Shown: positions 1-9,845 of the stretch, in pieces | Layout of the letters: every line of letters starts with the position of its first letter | Numbering within the stretch: the stretch's first letter is position 1 | NCBI GenBank assembly: GCA_963707985.1 | Contig: CAVPRW010000022.1 | Coordinates: 130,752-194,751, forward strand | From: an uncultured Nitrospinota bacterium | GTDB lineage: Bacteria > Tectomicrobia > Entotheonellia > J063 > CAVPRW01 | Direction of reading: 5' to 3' | Length of the DNA: 64,000 nt | Notes under the pieces: generated by a model | What the model was told of the DNA's origin: nothing | Seen by the model: the letters and a program-made list of their open reading frames with translations, nothing else | Database searches by the model: none | Position numbers and translations under genes: made by a program

Positions 1-2
1 AG

Positions 3-803
3 ACCACACAGCCCTTTGTCGAGCTCCGCGTCTACAAGAACCTCCCTTTTGCAATGGGGTGTCTGATTGGGTTCGTAAACACCATGGAATTTCGCGGCAC
101 CAACTTTCTCTTGCCCATCATGCTCCAGCGCATCTACCACTATACGCCCTTTCAGGCCGGCCTCTTTTTCCTCCCATCAGCGCTGGTGATGGGTATCACC
201 TCGATCCTCGCCGGACGCCTGGCGGACATCGTTCAACCGAAGCTCCTGCTGATCATTGGCCTTTTGGGGCTAACCTTTGTCTCGTTCAAATTCTTAGGAC
301 TCGATGTCTGGGCCACGACCGGGCTTCTCCTGGGGTTGGTCGTGCTTCGTCGGGGGGCGCAGGCGTTTTGCCACTCCCCCCTAAGCTCGTCCACGCTGAA
401 TGGCGTGCCGGAAGACCAGGTACGGATGGCGAGTGGCCTCTTCAACCTGCATCGCACCGTGGGGGGAACGATGGGGGTCGCCCTCACCGCAACGCTGATG
501 GATTATCGCGAGGACGTGCATATGCTCATCCTGTCCCAGCGCCAGGCGCTCTACCCGCTGGGCACAGAGGCGGCAACCGACGCCATTCGTGGAGTGTTGA
601 TGCAGGATGGCGATTCGGGTGGGACGCTGGCTCAGAAGACTGCCGGAATCTTGCGCCAGAAGCTATCGGAGCAGGCCGCACTGGCAGGCTACCACGATGT
701 CTTCTTCATGTTCGCATCCCTGACGCTCTTTTCGCTGCTGCCGGTCCTGCTGATGCGGGGTAGGAGACCGGTTTTACCAGTAAAGTCGGTGAAAAAAGAG
801 TAG
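3..803 (+). CDS. MFS transporter, DHA2 (EmrB/QacA) family, 5'-truncated by window edge
   Basis: Multiple TM helices; YTPFQAGLFFLP and ASGLFNLHRTVGG motifs typical of the DHA2 C-terminal half. Confidence 0.85.
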   Translation, partial: TTQPFVELRVYKNLPFAMGCLIGFVNTMEFRGTNFLLPIMLQRIYHYTPFQAGLFFLPSALVMGITSILAGRLADIVQPKLLLIIGLLGLTFVSFKFLGLDVWATTGLLLGLVVLRRGAQAFCHSPLSSSTLNGVPEDQVRMASGLFNLHRTVGGTMGVALTATLMDYREDVHMLILSQRQALYPLGTEAATDAIRGVLMQDGDSGGTLAQKTAGILRQKLSEQAALAGYHDVFFMFASLTLFSLLPVLLMRGRRPVLPVKSVKKE

Positions 804-963
804 CCAGTGAGGTTCGAACGTCCGACAGGCGTTGGGGACCTCATCGCCAAACGTCCGGAGCTATCGGTGGAGACCAAGCGGAAAATTCTGGCTGAGGGCG
901 CCATCCAATTCTATCAGTTACGCGACTAGTACAGGCTACTCGCGCGACGAGAGCAGTGGATGG

Positions 964-1080
964 CTAATAGTGCATGTCGGCGCGGTTGCCACCGTCGACG
1001 ACGATGGCTTCGCCGTGCACCCCGATGGCGAGCGGCGAAGACAGCATCGCCACCACGTGGCCGATGTCGGTCGCGCTGGG
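964..1080 (-). pseudogene. C-terminal remnant of a short-chain dehydrogenase/reductase
   Basis: ATDIGHVVAMLSSPLAIGVHGEAIVVDGG resembles the SDR C-terminus; no N-terminal Rossmann part. Confidence 0.55.
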
Positions 1081-1207
1081 GCCGTAGCAAGGGCTCGGTC
1101 CATCAGTATCCCGCGGCGACGACCGACGCACACCCCTGCGGCGGCCCCCGATGCAGGCAGTAGCCACGCCCAGCAGGCATGCTTGGTGCACACGACCCTG
1201 GGACAGG

Positions 1208-1987
1208 CTACGACTTCACAGCGTGCAGCCTCGTCGCGGCCTCCATGATGCCGCGGCGCAGGATCTCCACTTCGCTGGAGTAGCAGATGATCTTCGCCCC
1301 AGCCCGGATCCACTGCTCGCCCTGCTCGATCGAGCCCACCAGCATCGAGACATCCTTGCCGTGTCGACCGGCGGCCTCGATCAGCCGCGTGCGGTACTCG
1401 TCAATCACCTTGCCCTGGTCCGGCGTGCCAAACACCCCGAGTTCCTGGGCCAAATCGGCCGGGCCCAGCGTCACGGCATGGATCCCGGGCACACTCAGGA
1501 TGGCGTCGATGTGGTCGAACGCCTGTTGCGACTCGAACATAATCGCCAGATGGATCTGGGCGTTGAGGAAGCGCTGGGTCTCCCCCACAGGGCCCGTCTC
1601 ATAGTCGGTGTGATTGCCAATCCCGGCCATCCCCCGCAGCCCATCCGGTGCGTATAGGCTGGCGTTGACCACCTCCTGGGCGATCTCCGGCGTGTCCACC
1701 TGCGGCACGTGCAGGCTCCAGACCCCGGCGTCAAGGAGCCGTGTGATCCATTCGCGGTTGCCCTGCGGCGGACGCACCGTCAGGGTGAAATCCATCGCCC
1801 TGGCGAGCAGCGCCATGTTGGACAGCGTCTCTATCGAGGGGGAAGCGTGCTCCATGTCAAAGCGGGCAAAGTCCAGCCCTGCCGACTTCATCAGTCGCAG
1901 AATCGCCGGGTTACGCACCATGTTGATCCAGACGCCGACCTGGGTCTCGCCACGCGCTAGAGCCTGCTTCATAGCATTGGTTTGCAT
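1208..1987 (-). CDS. HpcH/HpaI aldolase family protein
   Basis: FDMEHA, LLDAG, VPQVDT and GPADLA motifs; GAGGAG SD upstream. Confidence 0.9.
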   Translation of the reverse strand: MQTNAMKQALARGETQVGVWINMVRNPAILRLMKSAGLDFARFDMEHASPSIETLSNMALLARAMDFTLTVRPPQGNREWITRLLDAGVWSLHVPQVDTPEIAQEVVNASLYAPDGLRGMAGIGNHTDYETGPVGETQRFLNAQIHLAIMFESQQAFDHIDAILSVPGIHAVTLGPADLAQELGVFGTPDQGKVIDEYRTRLIEAAGRHGKDVSMLVGSIEQGEQWIRAGAKIICYSSEVEILRRGIMEAATRLHAVKS

Positions 1988-2089
1988 GAGTTTCTCTCCT
2001 CCTCAGTGAGCATCGACCATTGGCCCATTGCAAGCGTCTTGTACCATGGGCGCCCGACAGGTCAACCTTAAACATGCGTAACCCCTAAT

Positions 2090-2224
2090 TCAACACGTCG
2101 ATAGGCGCGCTTGCATCGAACCGGAGGTGTCCAGCAGGAGGACACATGGACAACATGGCTCCGGGTTCTCGGCAAATTCTACGGCCTCGTCAAGCCTTGG
2201 TGTGTTAGCCATGGTTTTGCCCAT
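2090..2224 (-). pseudogene. N-terminal fragment of TerY/YegL-type vWA protein
   Basis: AVEFAENPEPCCPCVLLLDTSGSM (MIDAS DxSxS), stopping 7 codons later; AGGAGA SD. Confidence 0.7.
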
Positions 2225-2256
2225 TCTCCTTTTTCTCTGACGGCTTGTGGCATAGG

Positions 2257-3264
2257 TCAGCGTTGTAATGCCGGCATTACGTGTTCGGCGAGGAGCTTGA
2301 TCGTGCGTAGCACTTTGGTCTGTTCCATCCCTGGCCACTGGATGCGGAAGATAAAGCAGTTGACCCCGAGGGCATCGCTATAGCGCCGTAGTTCGCGGAC
2401 GCAGTCATCGGGATCGCCGATGATAAAACGATCCTGCACCAATTGCTCGAACGCCAGGTCGAAGCTATCCTCCTGCGGCAAGGCTTTGTCCTGTCCCCAT
2501 GAGGCGTAGGCCTGGTACTTGGCCTCGAGAAATGGACGGCATTCCTGAATAGCCGTGCGGCGATCGGGTGCGACATAGAGTTCTTTGATCATCGGCAACT
2601 CGGCGGGAAATGGCTTAGCCCTCTCCTGGAGCGCCTTGCGGTAGAGCCCCATCTGGTGTTCGAGAATGCTGAGCTTGGCATGTGGATTGATCACCCAGGC
2701 GTCTGCCATGCGTGCCGAACGCTCTACTGCGCCGTCGTTATTGGCTGCAAACCAAATGGGTGGGTGGGGTGTTTGCACCGGTTTCAGCATCATACGGGCC
2801 TTGGTGAGATGGAAAAAGCGGCCATGATGCGTCACTTCTTCCTCGCTCCACAGCCGTTTGATGACTTGTAGGGCTTCGACGAAGCGTGCCACACGCTCCC
2901 TGGGTTGTACACCAAAGGCCTCATATTCGGCATCACGATAGCCGAGCCCAACACCAAAGATAAAGCGCCCCTCACAGATCACATCGAGCGTAGCGACCTG
3001 TTCGGCGATGTCCACGGGATTGTGCAACGGCAGCAGCAGCACGGTAGCTCCCACGCGCATGCTCCCGGCTTCGGCCGCCAGGCGCGCCAGCGCCGGTAGG
3101 GTCTGGATTTCCTGAAAAGGCGTGGAGAGATAGTGCTGTCCCATCACGATCAGGTCAAAGCCCGCCTCGCGCGCCGCCCGTACCTGATCGATATGCTCAC
3201 GAAAACGTTCGACCATCGACACACCGGGCGGGTGTTGTTTCGAGACGATCAGTCCAAATTGCAT
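2257..3264 (-). CDS. LLM-class (luciferase-like) flavin-dependent oxidoreductase
   Basis: GQHY, PLHNPVDIAEQVATLDVICEGRFIFGVGLGY and PVQTPHPPIW motifs. Confidence 0.9.
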   Translation of the reverse strand: MQFGLIVSKQHPPGVSMVERFREHIDQVRAAREAGFDLIVMGQHYLSTPFQEIQTLPALARLAAEAGSMRVGATVLLLPLHNPVDIAEQVATLDVICEGRFIFGVGLGYRDAEYEAFGVQPRERVARFVEALQVIKRLWSEEEVTHHGRFFHLTKARMMLKPVQTPHPPIWFAANNDGAVERSARMADAWVINPHAKLSILEHQMGLYRKALQERAKPFPAELPMIKELYVAPDRRTAIQECRPFLEAKYQAYASWGQDKALPQEDSFDLAFEQLVQDRFIIGDPDDCVRELRRYSDALGVNCFIFRIQWPGMEQTKVLRTIKLLAEHVMPALQR

Positions 3265-3287
3265 GCGCTCCTCCAGAGGTCTCGGGG

Positions 3288-3575
3288 TCATCGTGGACCC
3301 TCCAACATGCGTTCTAAATTCCGCAGATCGACCGCTAGGCTGAGCTGGCGTGGCGCGGTGACCTGGCGCACGGACAGGGTGAGCGTCTCATCCTGCCGCA
3401 CTGAACGCTCGACAAGAAATCGCGTCTTCGCCGCACCGGTTCCGCTTGGCCCTGTAAAGGGTGTGGACGCGAGGCGGATCGGCCGATTGCCCGGACCGAG
3501 GATGCTGAGCTCCAGCACACGTTTTTGCGTTCCCAGTACCAGCGGATACTCGGGCAATCCGGTCTGCCGTCGCAC
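3288..3575 (-). CDS. hypothetical protein (start uncertain, possibly frameshifted)
   Basis: ORF ends just before the LLM gene start; no recognised motif. Confidence 0.3.
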   Translation of the reverse strand: MRRQTGLPEYPLVLGTQKRVLELSILGPGNRPIRLASTPFTGPSGTGAAKTRFLVERSVRQDETLTLSVRQVTAPRQLSLAVDLRNLERMLEGPR

Positions 3576-3949
3576 CGTTCCGAGGATCTCTCCTACGCGA
3601 CCGGCAGCCCTTCCTGGACGATGATCTCATAGCGCCCAAACATCTGCGTTGACACGGTGGCAGCCCATAGTGGCATGCCATACCAGGCCACCAGGGCCGC
3701 CGTAAGGCAGGCAAGTCGCCAATAGTGCGAAGGATGTGTGCCAAGTGTGTGCACGGATTTCTCCTCTGTCAGTCGCTGCGCGTGGCACCTGAAACGAGCG
3801 CTATCTTAGGGAAGTTTTAGGCATCAAGCAAGGGGCCTATGGTCTTGACATCTCCTCGGCGTTATGTCCAAGATGAGGCTCACACAGGCGTGTTTCAGGG
3901 CGCTGTGATACGATCACACAAGCGCTTATCATCCGGGAGGTGAGAGACG

Positions 3950-5161
3950 ATGACTATGCCACTTGAAGGAATTCGCGTTCTTGATCTCACCCGACTCGCA
4001 CCTGGACCATATTGCACGATGATCCTCGCCGACCTCGGAGCGGATGTGATCAAAATCGAGGAACCCGGTCCCCCTACCGGCCGACGTGCCGAACAGGCAG
4101 GAAACCTTTCCACAGTGCCGCCCCCCCGTTACGGCGTCGACCGCCATACGCCCCACTGGGCGTTGAACCGCAATAAAAAAACCATCGGGCTCAATCTGAA
4201 GCATGACGAGGCCCGGCAGATTTTCCATCAGCTCGCTGAGCGCGCCGACGTGGTTGTGGAGGAGTTTCGGCCGGGCGTTGCGAAACGGCTGGGGATCGAT
4301 TATGACACCTTACGCCAGCGTAATCCACGCCTCATCTACTGCGCCGTCACTGGCTATGGGCAGAGCGGTCCCTATAAAGACCTCGTCGGCCACGACATCA
4401 ATTACATTTCGATGGCCGGTTGTCTGGGGATGATCGGCGAGCAAGGGGGACCGCCAGTGATTCCGCACAACATCATCGCCGATTTCGCTGGCGGCGGTAT
4501 GCACGGCGCGATTGGAGTATTGGCCGCGCTTATGGCACGCGAGCGCACCGGCCGCGGTCAGTTTGTCGATATCGCCATGACCGATGGCGTCTATTCCTTG
4601 CTGGTCTCCCATCTGTCGACCTATTTTGCCACCGGTACGGTGCCACAGCGGGGTGAAACACTGCTCGACGGCGGCACACATTATTATAATGTCTTTGAGA
4701 CCAAAGACGGCAAGTGGCTCAGCATCGGTTCGATCGAGCCCTGGTTCTACGCCAATCTCTGCAAAGCGTTGGACCGTGAGGATCTGTTGCCGTGTGAATT
4801 CGTCGAGGCCGAGCAGCGCCAAGCCCTCAAACGGACGCTCAGCGATGTCTTCAAAACCAAAACACGTGATGAGTGGTTTGACATCTTAACGCGCCACGAT
4901 ATCTGCGTCGGTAAGGTCTACGACCTGGATGAAACGGAGCACGATCCCCATCTGCGGGCGCGGGAGATGATCGTCGAGGTGGATGATCCGGAGGTTGGCA
5001 AGGTCAAACAGGTCGGTATTTCGGTCAAATTGTCCGAGACGCCGGGACAGATCCGCTTCCTGGCTGCGCCACTGGGCGCACACACTGACGAGATTCTCAC
5101 CTCCCTCGGCTTCTCCCAGGAGAAAATCGCCGAACTGCGCGCGGCTGGAGCGATCAAATAA
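3950..5161 (+). CDS. CaiB/BaiF family III CoA-transferase
   Basis: LEGIRVLDLTRLAPGP, NRNKK, GYGQSGP, GHDINY and IADFAGG motifs. Confidence 0.93.
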   Translation: MTMPLEGIRVLDLTRLAPGPYCTMILADLGADVIKIEEPGPPTGRRAEQAGNLSTVPPPRYGVDRHTPHWALNRNKKTIGLNLKHDEARQIFHQLAERADVVVEEFRPGVAKRLGIDYDTLRQRNPRLIYCAVTGYGQSGPYKDLVGHDINYISMAGCLGMIGEQGGPPVIPHNIIADFAGGGMHGAIGVLAALMARERTGRGQFVDIAMTDGVYSLLVSHLSTYFATGTVPQRGETLLDGGTHYYNVFETKDGKWLSIGSIEPWFYANLCKALDREDLLPCEFVEAEQRQALKRTLSDVFKTKTRDEWFDILTRHDICVGKVYDLDETEHDPHLRAREMIVEVDDPEVGKVKQVGISVKLSETPGQIRFLAAPLGAHTDEILTSLGFSQEKIAELRAAGAIK

Positions 5162-5210
5162 CGTAGGGCTGAGCGCAAAGGACTGACGGCTGAGAATTGA
5201 GCGCAACCCG

Positions 5211-5519
5211 CTAGAGGTCAAGGTCTGGGTATTGACTTCTCAGACGAGTGCGCAGCGTGTCGACCGACATATCGGTGATGCAAATGAGCTTGTGGCGGGC
5301 CTTCATCCCTCTGATGATGGATAGCCGCGCCCGGCTCACCCCGAGCAGGTCGGTGAGCAAGCCTAGGCAGGCCGTGTTGGCTGCGCCTTCGACGGGTGGA
5401 GCCGTGAGCAGAAGCTTCAGGGCATTGCCATGCAAGCCCGCCACGGCGTTGCGCGAAGCCCGGGGTTGCACCGTCACCGGCAGGAGCACATCAGCGCCGC
5501 TTTGCTGCAGGGCAAGCAC
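5211..5519 (-). CDS. DUF167 (YggU/UPF0235) family protein
   Basis: VTVQPRASRNAV...LTAPPVEGAAN...IIRGMKARHK; GTG start behind GGAGGG. Confidence 0.85.
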   Translation of the reverse strand: MLALQQSGADVLLPVTVQPRASRNAVAGLHGNALKLLLTAPPVEGAANTACLGLLTDLLGVSRARLSIIRGMKARHKLICITDMSVDTLRTRLRSQYPDLDL

Positions 5520-6065
5520 TGCATCCCTCCGAAACCAATTCTCTAGCGTCTCTGCAGATAGGCCATAAGTATACTGCATCACCATAGAAACACGCCAAGC
5601 CGTGCGCGAAGATGTCAGAGGCTCATGAACCGAGGCAGCCGGGGTCGATGGACGACACGGGAAACGGTCGGTCTCTGCGGTCGCACGACAAAAAGAGCTT
5701 GACTTTATCGTCCTGGATCGCTCAAATATACACCGCCTTCTGCTGGGACGCGCTTTGCACACATCGCAACCTGGACGAAGCAGAACATCCTCTCCAACAG
5801 GCGTTGGCGCTACTTCCTTCCGCTCATGCCCGGTACCTGAGGCTTCCTGGGATCATCCGGATGCCCCAGGGAAAGCCCGCACAGGTCTTGGTTCCCCTGG
5901 ACGAGGCAATCGGCAGACCCCATGGCGGCATCTGATGCGCCTGTAGAGCGTTTTCAGTCTTGAGCCATGAGGACCGTTCCAGGGGGAAGATGGGAATGTG
6001 CGGAGGAGCGAGGGCAGGAGGGCTGACGTGGGTAAGATCGGCAATGGACTGAAAGAAGGAGGCTT

Positions 6066-6164
6066 ATGAGCAGCGTTGTCAAAAAACGACGAAAGAAGAT
6101 TCGCAAGCACAAGTATAAAAAGCTGCGAGCTCGGACACGGATCGAGCGCCGCAAGCGGGGGTAA
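6066..6164 (+). CDS. 32-aa basic protein, bS22/AURKAIP1-COX24 (DUF1713) family small ribosomal protein
   Basis: Read by hand: MSSVVKKRRKKIRKHKYKKLRARTRIERRKRG; AAGGAGG SD; absent from the ORF track. Confidence 0.88.
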   Translation: MSSVVKKRRKKIRKHKYKKLRARTRIERRKRG

Positions 6165-6176
6165 CACGCGGCCACC

Positions 6177-6234
6177 GGGATTCGAGGAGGCAGGGGGCAC
6201 CCCTGGGCGGACTACCCTTCATTCCTCGAATCCC
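6177..6234. terminator. 12-bp perfect inverted repeat between convergent genes
   Basis: GGGATTCGAGGA ... TCCTCGAATCCC; no U-tract. Confidence 0.4.
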
Positions 6235-6243
6235 TCAGACGCT

Positions 6244-7371
6244 TCAGGTGTGTTCGAGCACGTAGCGGTAATACTCCTCATAGCGTTTGACGATTTGGGA
6301 GACGTGAAACCGCGTCATGACCCAGCGTCGTCCTTCTCGGCCCATCTGCCGTCTCCGTTCGTCGTTGGACAAGAGCTCAATGCCTGCTCCGATCATGCCA
6401 TCGATGTCGTCCGGTTTGAGCAGATAGCCACATTCCCCATCGACGATCGCTTCCGGGAGCCCACCAACCCGTGAGGCCAGCACTGGCACCTCACAGCTCA
6501 GCGCCTCGATGGCCGCCAGCCCGAACGACTCCATCTCCGACGGCAACATAAAGAGGTCAGCGATGGAAAGGACGCTGGCCACATCCGTCACAAAGTCCAG
6601 GAAGAAGACCTTTTGCACCAACCCCTCACGGCTGACGAGGTCGACACACGCCTGATAGTCAGGACCATTACCGACTAGCAGGAGCTTAGCGGGAACCTCG
6701 CGGGCCATTTCGCGGAACATTTGGATGATCAACGGCACCCGCTTCAGGCTACGAAAATTCGAGATATGGCAGACGAGCTTCTCGTCGGGCTGAGCGAATT
6801 GCTGACGCCACTGCGGATTGGGCCGCCGCTGGAAGACATAGGGATCGACAAAATTCGGGATGACTTCAATCGGTTTTACGAGGCTGAACTCCTGTCGCGT
6901 CAGCTCGGCGAGATACTGCGAGACCGCGGTGACACCGTCGCTCTGTTCGATGCTGAAGCGCGTGACGCGTCGGTAGGAAGGATCGATGCCGATAAGGATG
7001 ATGTCGGTGCCATGCAACGTGGTGATGATCTTGGCCGGCGATTGCTCGGCCATTTGCTGCGCCAGATACGCTGCCGTGGAGTGGGGAATGGCATAGTGAG
7101 CATGCACGAGGTCGAGTTGGTGATTCTCGACGACTTCATAGATCTTAGACGCCAACGCCAGAGTATAGGGGGGGAACTCAAACAGCGGATAGGACACCAC
7201 ATCAACCAGATGAAACTGAATCGCCGATGGGCACCGGTGCGTCAGGCGCGCCGGTTGATTGTAGCAGATGAAATGCACCTCATGTCCGGCTTGGCACAGC
7301 CCATGGCCCAACTCCGTCGCCACGACCCCGCTGCCTCCGAACGTTGGGTAACACACGATGCCGATTTTCAT
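6244..7371 (-). CDS. bshA: N-acetyl-alpha-D-glucosaminyl L-malate synthase (bacillithiol synthesis)
   Basis: MKIGIVCYPTFGGSGVVATELG, HAHYAIPH, TTLHGTDI, HISNFR, ESFGL. Confidence 0.95.
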   Translation of the reverse strand: MKIGIVCYPTFGGSGVVATELGHGLCQAGHEVHFICYNQPARLTHRCPSAIQFHLVDVVSYPLFEFPPYTLALASKIYEVVENHQLDLVHAHYAIPHSTAAYLAQQMAEQSPAKIITTLHGTDIILIGIDPSYRRVTRFSIEQSDGVTAVSQYLAELTRQEFSLVKPIEVIPNFVDPYVFQRRPNPQWRQQFAQPDEKLVCHISNFRSLKRVPLIIQMFREMAREVPAKLLLVGNGPDYQACVDLVSREGLVQKVFFLDFVTDVASVLSIADLFMLPSEMESFGLAAIEALSCEVPVLASRVGGLPEAIVDGECGYLLKPDDIDGMIGAGIELLSNDERRRQMGREGRRWVMTRFHVSQIVKRYEEYYRYVLEHT

Positions 7372-8990
7372 GACAGCTCCACCATATAATGCTTGCCATA
7401 GCTCTCGGGGACGGCCTGCACCAAGGTATCGACCACGTCCATGCCGTAACGACTGAGGTATGACATGCCGTTCAGCGTGCGCTCCTGTAGATCACGTTTG
7501 GGGTACAACGCCTCCGCGGCACGCCTGAGTTGAGTTGCCGTCAGGTGTTCGGCCTGCTTCAGATGGCGCACCAGCTTTTTCTCAAACTTGCCGATGCGGA
7601 CCATCATGTAATTCAACGTCCCCTCCAGCGAGGTTTCGAGCGTCGGATCGACGGCGCGGACGCGCCCCTTTAATGCGCTCAAGGGGCGATAGACCTGCTC
7701 GCGTAGCTCCTGCCAGAGGGCCGGCGACGCAATATCGGCACGGGCACGAATCCACTCCGTAAGGGCGTGGTCGGGATCACGTAGACTGAGGGGCGAGAGA
7801 TCATATTTGTGGAGGATTCTGCTCGTCGCGGGTTCGAGAAGGGTGCATCCCAGTCGCAGATGAGGAACCGGCATCGGCACGTCGAAATACTCATAGATAT
7901 GTCGTGTCTGCGCAAAGTAATTCAGCTCTCCGGCCCCACCGACAAACGCTGCCGTGGGAAAAAGGAACTCGGACATGACGGGACGTAACAACGCGTTGGG
8001 GCTGAAGCGTTCAGGACTGTCCTGCAACAGCGTCTTGAGATCGGCGTTGGTATAAGTCCTGGAGCCTACACGGAAGGTCCCGTGTCCGTAGTGCACCGGT
8101 TCACGCCGACCGTTTTCGCGCAGGAAAAAGCTACATAACGTCGGGTCTTTGTGCAGCTGGCGCTGGTAACCACGTTCCTCCAAGAAGTCTCCGGTCTCGT
8201 TGGCCAACTGCGATGGCACCAACGGGGCCTCGATGGCCTGTTCGAAGAGGGGAATCGCCAGACGTTTCAACTCGGGCAACCCCGGTTCGACCATGATCAG
8301 CCCATACTGATGAAAGAGCCGCAACATGAGGCGGGAAAACCACTCCCCAAATGTTGCGCTCACCTCGGCCGTCTCCAGCAGTAAGGCCTCGACTTCATCA
8401 GTAAAACCTTGGCCGGCAAGCGCTTCGGACAAGCGCCGAATCACCGTCAGCGCGCCGTGATCGAGTGGGATCTCACCGACAGACCAGCCCTCGAATTGCG
8501 GATCCAGAGGGTATTCGAGGCGCTGCAGTTGTCCCGCCCTATCGATGATGTACGTATGATTGACCTCGGCCCAGTCGTGGTCGTCGCTGGCGTTCCAAAA
8601 CATCGGTACGAACTCATGGGGAAATTGGCGGCCCAAGGCCTCTGCCAGCTTGATAATGCTCATGGCTTTATACACGGTGTACAGCGGACCGGTGAGCAAG
8701 CCAGGCTGCTGACCGCCGATGACCACGAAGGTGGTGGGCTGTGCCAGTCGGTCAAGATTCTCGATGGTCGTCGCCGAGGCTCCAAGGCGTGCATGCGACC
8801 GCCGCAGCACCGCGGCGACGTCGTCTCGACGCATCTGGTAGCGCGTGCGGACTTCTTTAAGATGCTCGGCCATCTGGCCTGGAGAGGTACCAAAGATGTC
8901 GCGGCTGAGGGATTCGTTCACCGAGGTGTCCCGCAGCAGGTGATGAGGTGGGAGTAGCTCGGCCCAATCGAGGCTATCGCGGATTCGCAC
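7368..8990 (-). CDS. bshC: Bacillithiol cysteine-adding enzyme
   Basis: GGQQPGLLTGPLY..YKA, FWNASDDHDWAEV, FSPNALLRP, GGAGE..Y, LQER; overlaps bshA start. Confidence 0.93.
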   Translation of the reverse strand: MRIRDSLDWAELLPPHHLLRDTSVNESLSRDIFGTSPGQMAEHLKEVRTRYQMRRDDVAAVLRRSHARLGASATTIENLDRLAQPTTFVVIGGQQPGLLTGPLYTVYKAMSIIKLAEALGRQFPHEFVPMFWNASDDHDWAEVNHTYIIDRAGQLQRLEYPLDPQFEGWSVGEIPLDHGALTVIRRLSEALAGQGFTDEVEALLLETAEVSATFGEWFSRLMLRLFHQYGLIMVEPGLPELKRLAIPLFEQAIEAPLVPSQLANETGDFLEERGYQRQLHKDPTLCSFFLRENGRREPVHYGHGTFRVGSRTYTNADLKTLLQDSPERFSPNALLRPVMSEFLFPTAAFVGGAGELNYFAQTRHIYEYFDVPMPVPHLRLGCTLLEPATSRILHKYDLSPLSLRDPDHALTEWIRARADIASPALWQELREQVYRPLSALKGRVRAVDPTLETSLEGTLNYMMVRIGKFEKKLVRHLKQAEHLTATQLRRAAEALYPKRDLQERTLNGMSYLSRYGMDVVDTLVQAVPESYGKHYMVELS

Positions 8991-9444
8991 TGAAATGGTA
9001 GCGCCCTCCTGCTAGGTGTATCACTGATGATGTCGGCTGCCGCCGCGCCCACAGCGCCTTATCGCCTGGTATAACATGCAGCCTGGGTGAAGTCAATCCC
9101 AGCTCCAACCCGGCGGTGGGGCCAGATCACCTCGTAGAAACCTCCTTGTCCCTGCATGGTAAATCCCCTGGAATACACATGGCATCGATTGTGGCGCTCC
9201 TCAGCGGGGTCCGTGCACCCACCTTGGAGATGGTTCACGCGTCGGTCCTATGAGTCATCATCTCACCATTCTCCTTCCGGCTTGCAACCTATGTGCATGA
9301 CAGGGGCTCTGACATGTCGGGGGAAAACCGCCAAACCCATACCCATACGCGCTTCATGAGCTTCGCACGTCGCACTGTGGCGTTGGCGTTCGATCGATGA
9401 GGTGGTCGCGACACCTCCCAGCCTCATCGGCCTGCTGACCACAG

Positions 9445-9768
9445 CTAGTCTCCCCGCCTGGGGTCCACCCCAAGGTTCAATTCCTCACGCGTTGGACGAT
9501 CGAGCAGACCCGACACCGGGAGGCCATATCTCGCCTGGAAGGCTCGGACCGCTGCCTGCGTCTGGGGCGTAAACATGCCATCAACGGGACCCCGGTCAAA
9601 CCCGAATGCTTTCAAACGCATCTCCGCGACTTGGATGTTCCCGCGGGTCAGGAGTCGGTCCATCGCGGGGTGTTCAGGCTCCGGCGTATGCTCCGCAGTG
9701 TAAGATGCAGCGCATGCGGTGAGCAGCAACAGCGGTAGCCAGCCGAAGACACGACAGGACGGTCACAT
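9445..9768 (-). pseudogene. Lipoprotein with peptidoglycan-binding domain; in-frame TGA at codon 2
   Basis: AGGAGG-ATG-TGA-CCG...; lipobox LLTAC; PG_binding_1 motif GPVDGMFTPQTQAAVRAFQARYGLPVSG. Confidence 0.65.
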
Positions 9769-9845
9769 AGGATGCCTCCTTGTGTTGGCAAGTGCTTCCC
9801 GGCACACCGGTATCCGCGCCCCATCACGCACGGCCCCATGCTCGC

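Noticed and set aside
5612..5935. ORF with a TPR-like stretch (LDEAEHPLQQALAL)
   Set aside because: Similarity too weak and no convincing start; at best a decayed remnant.
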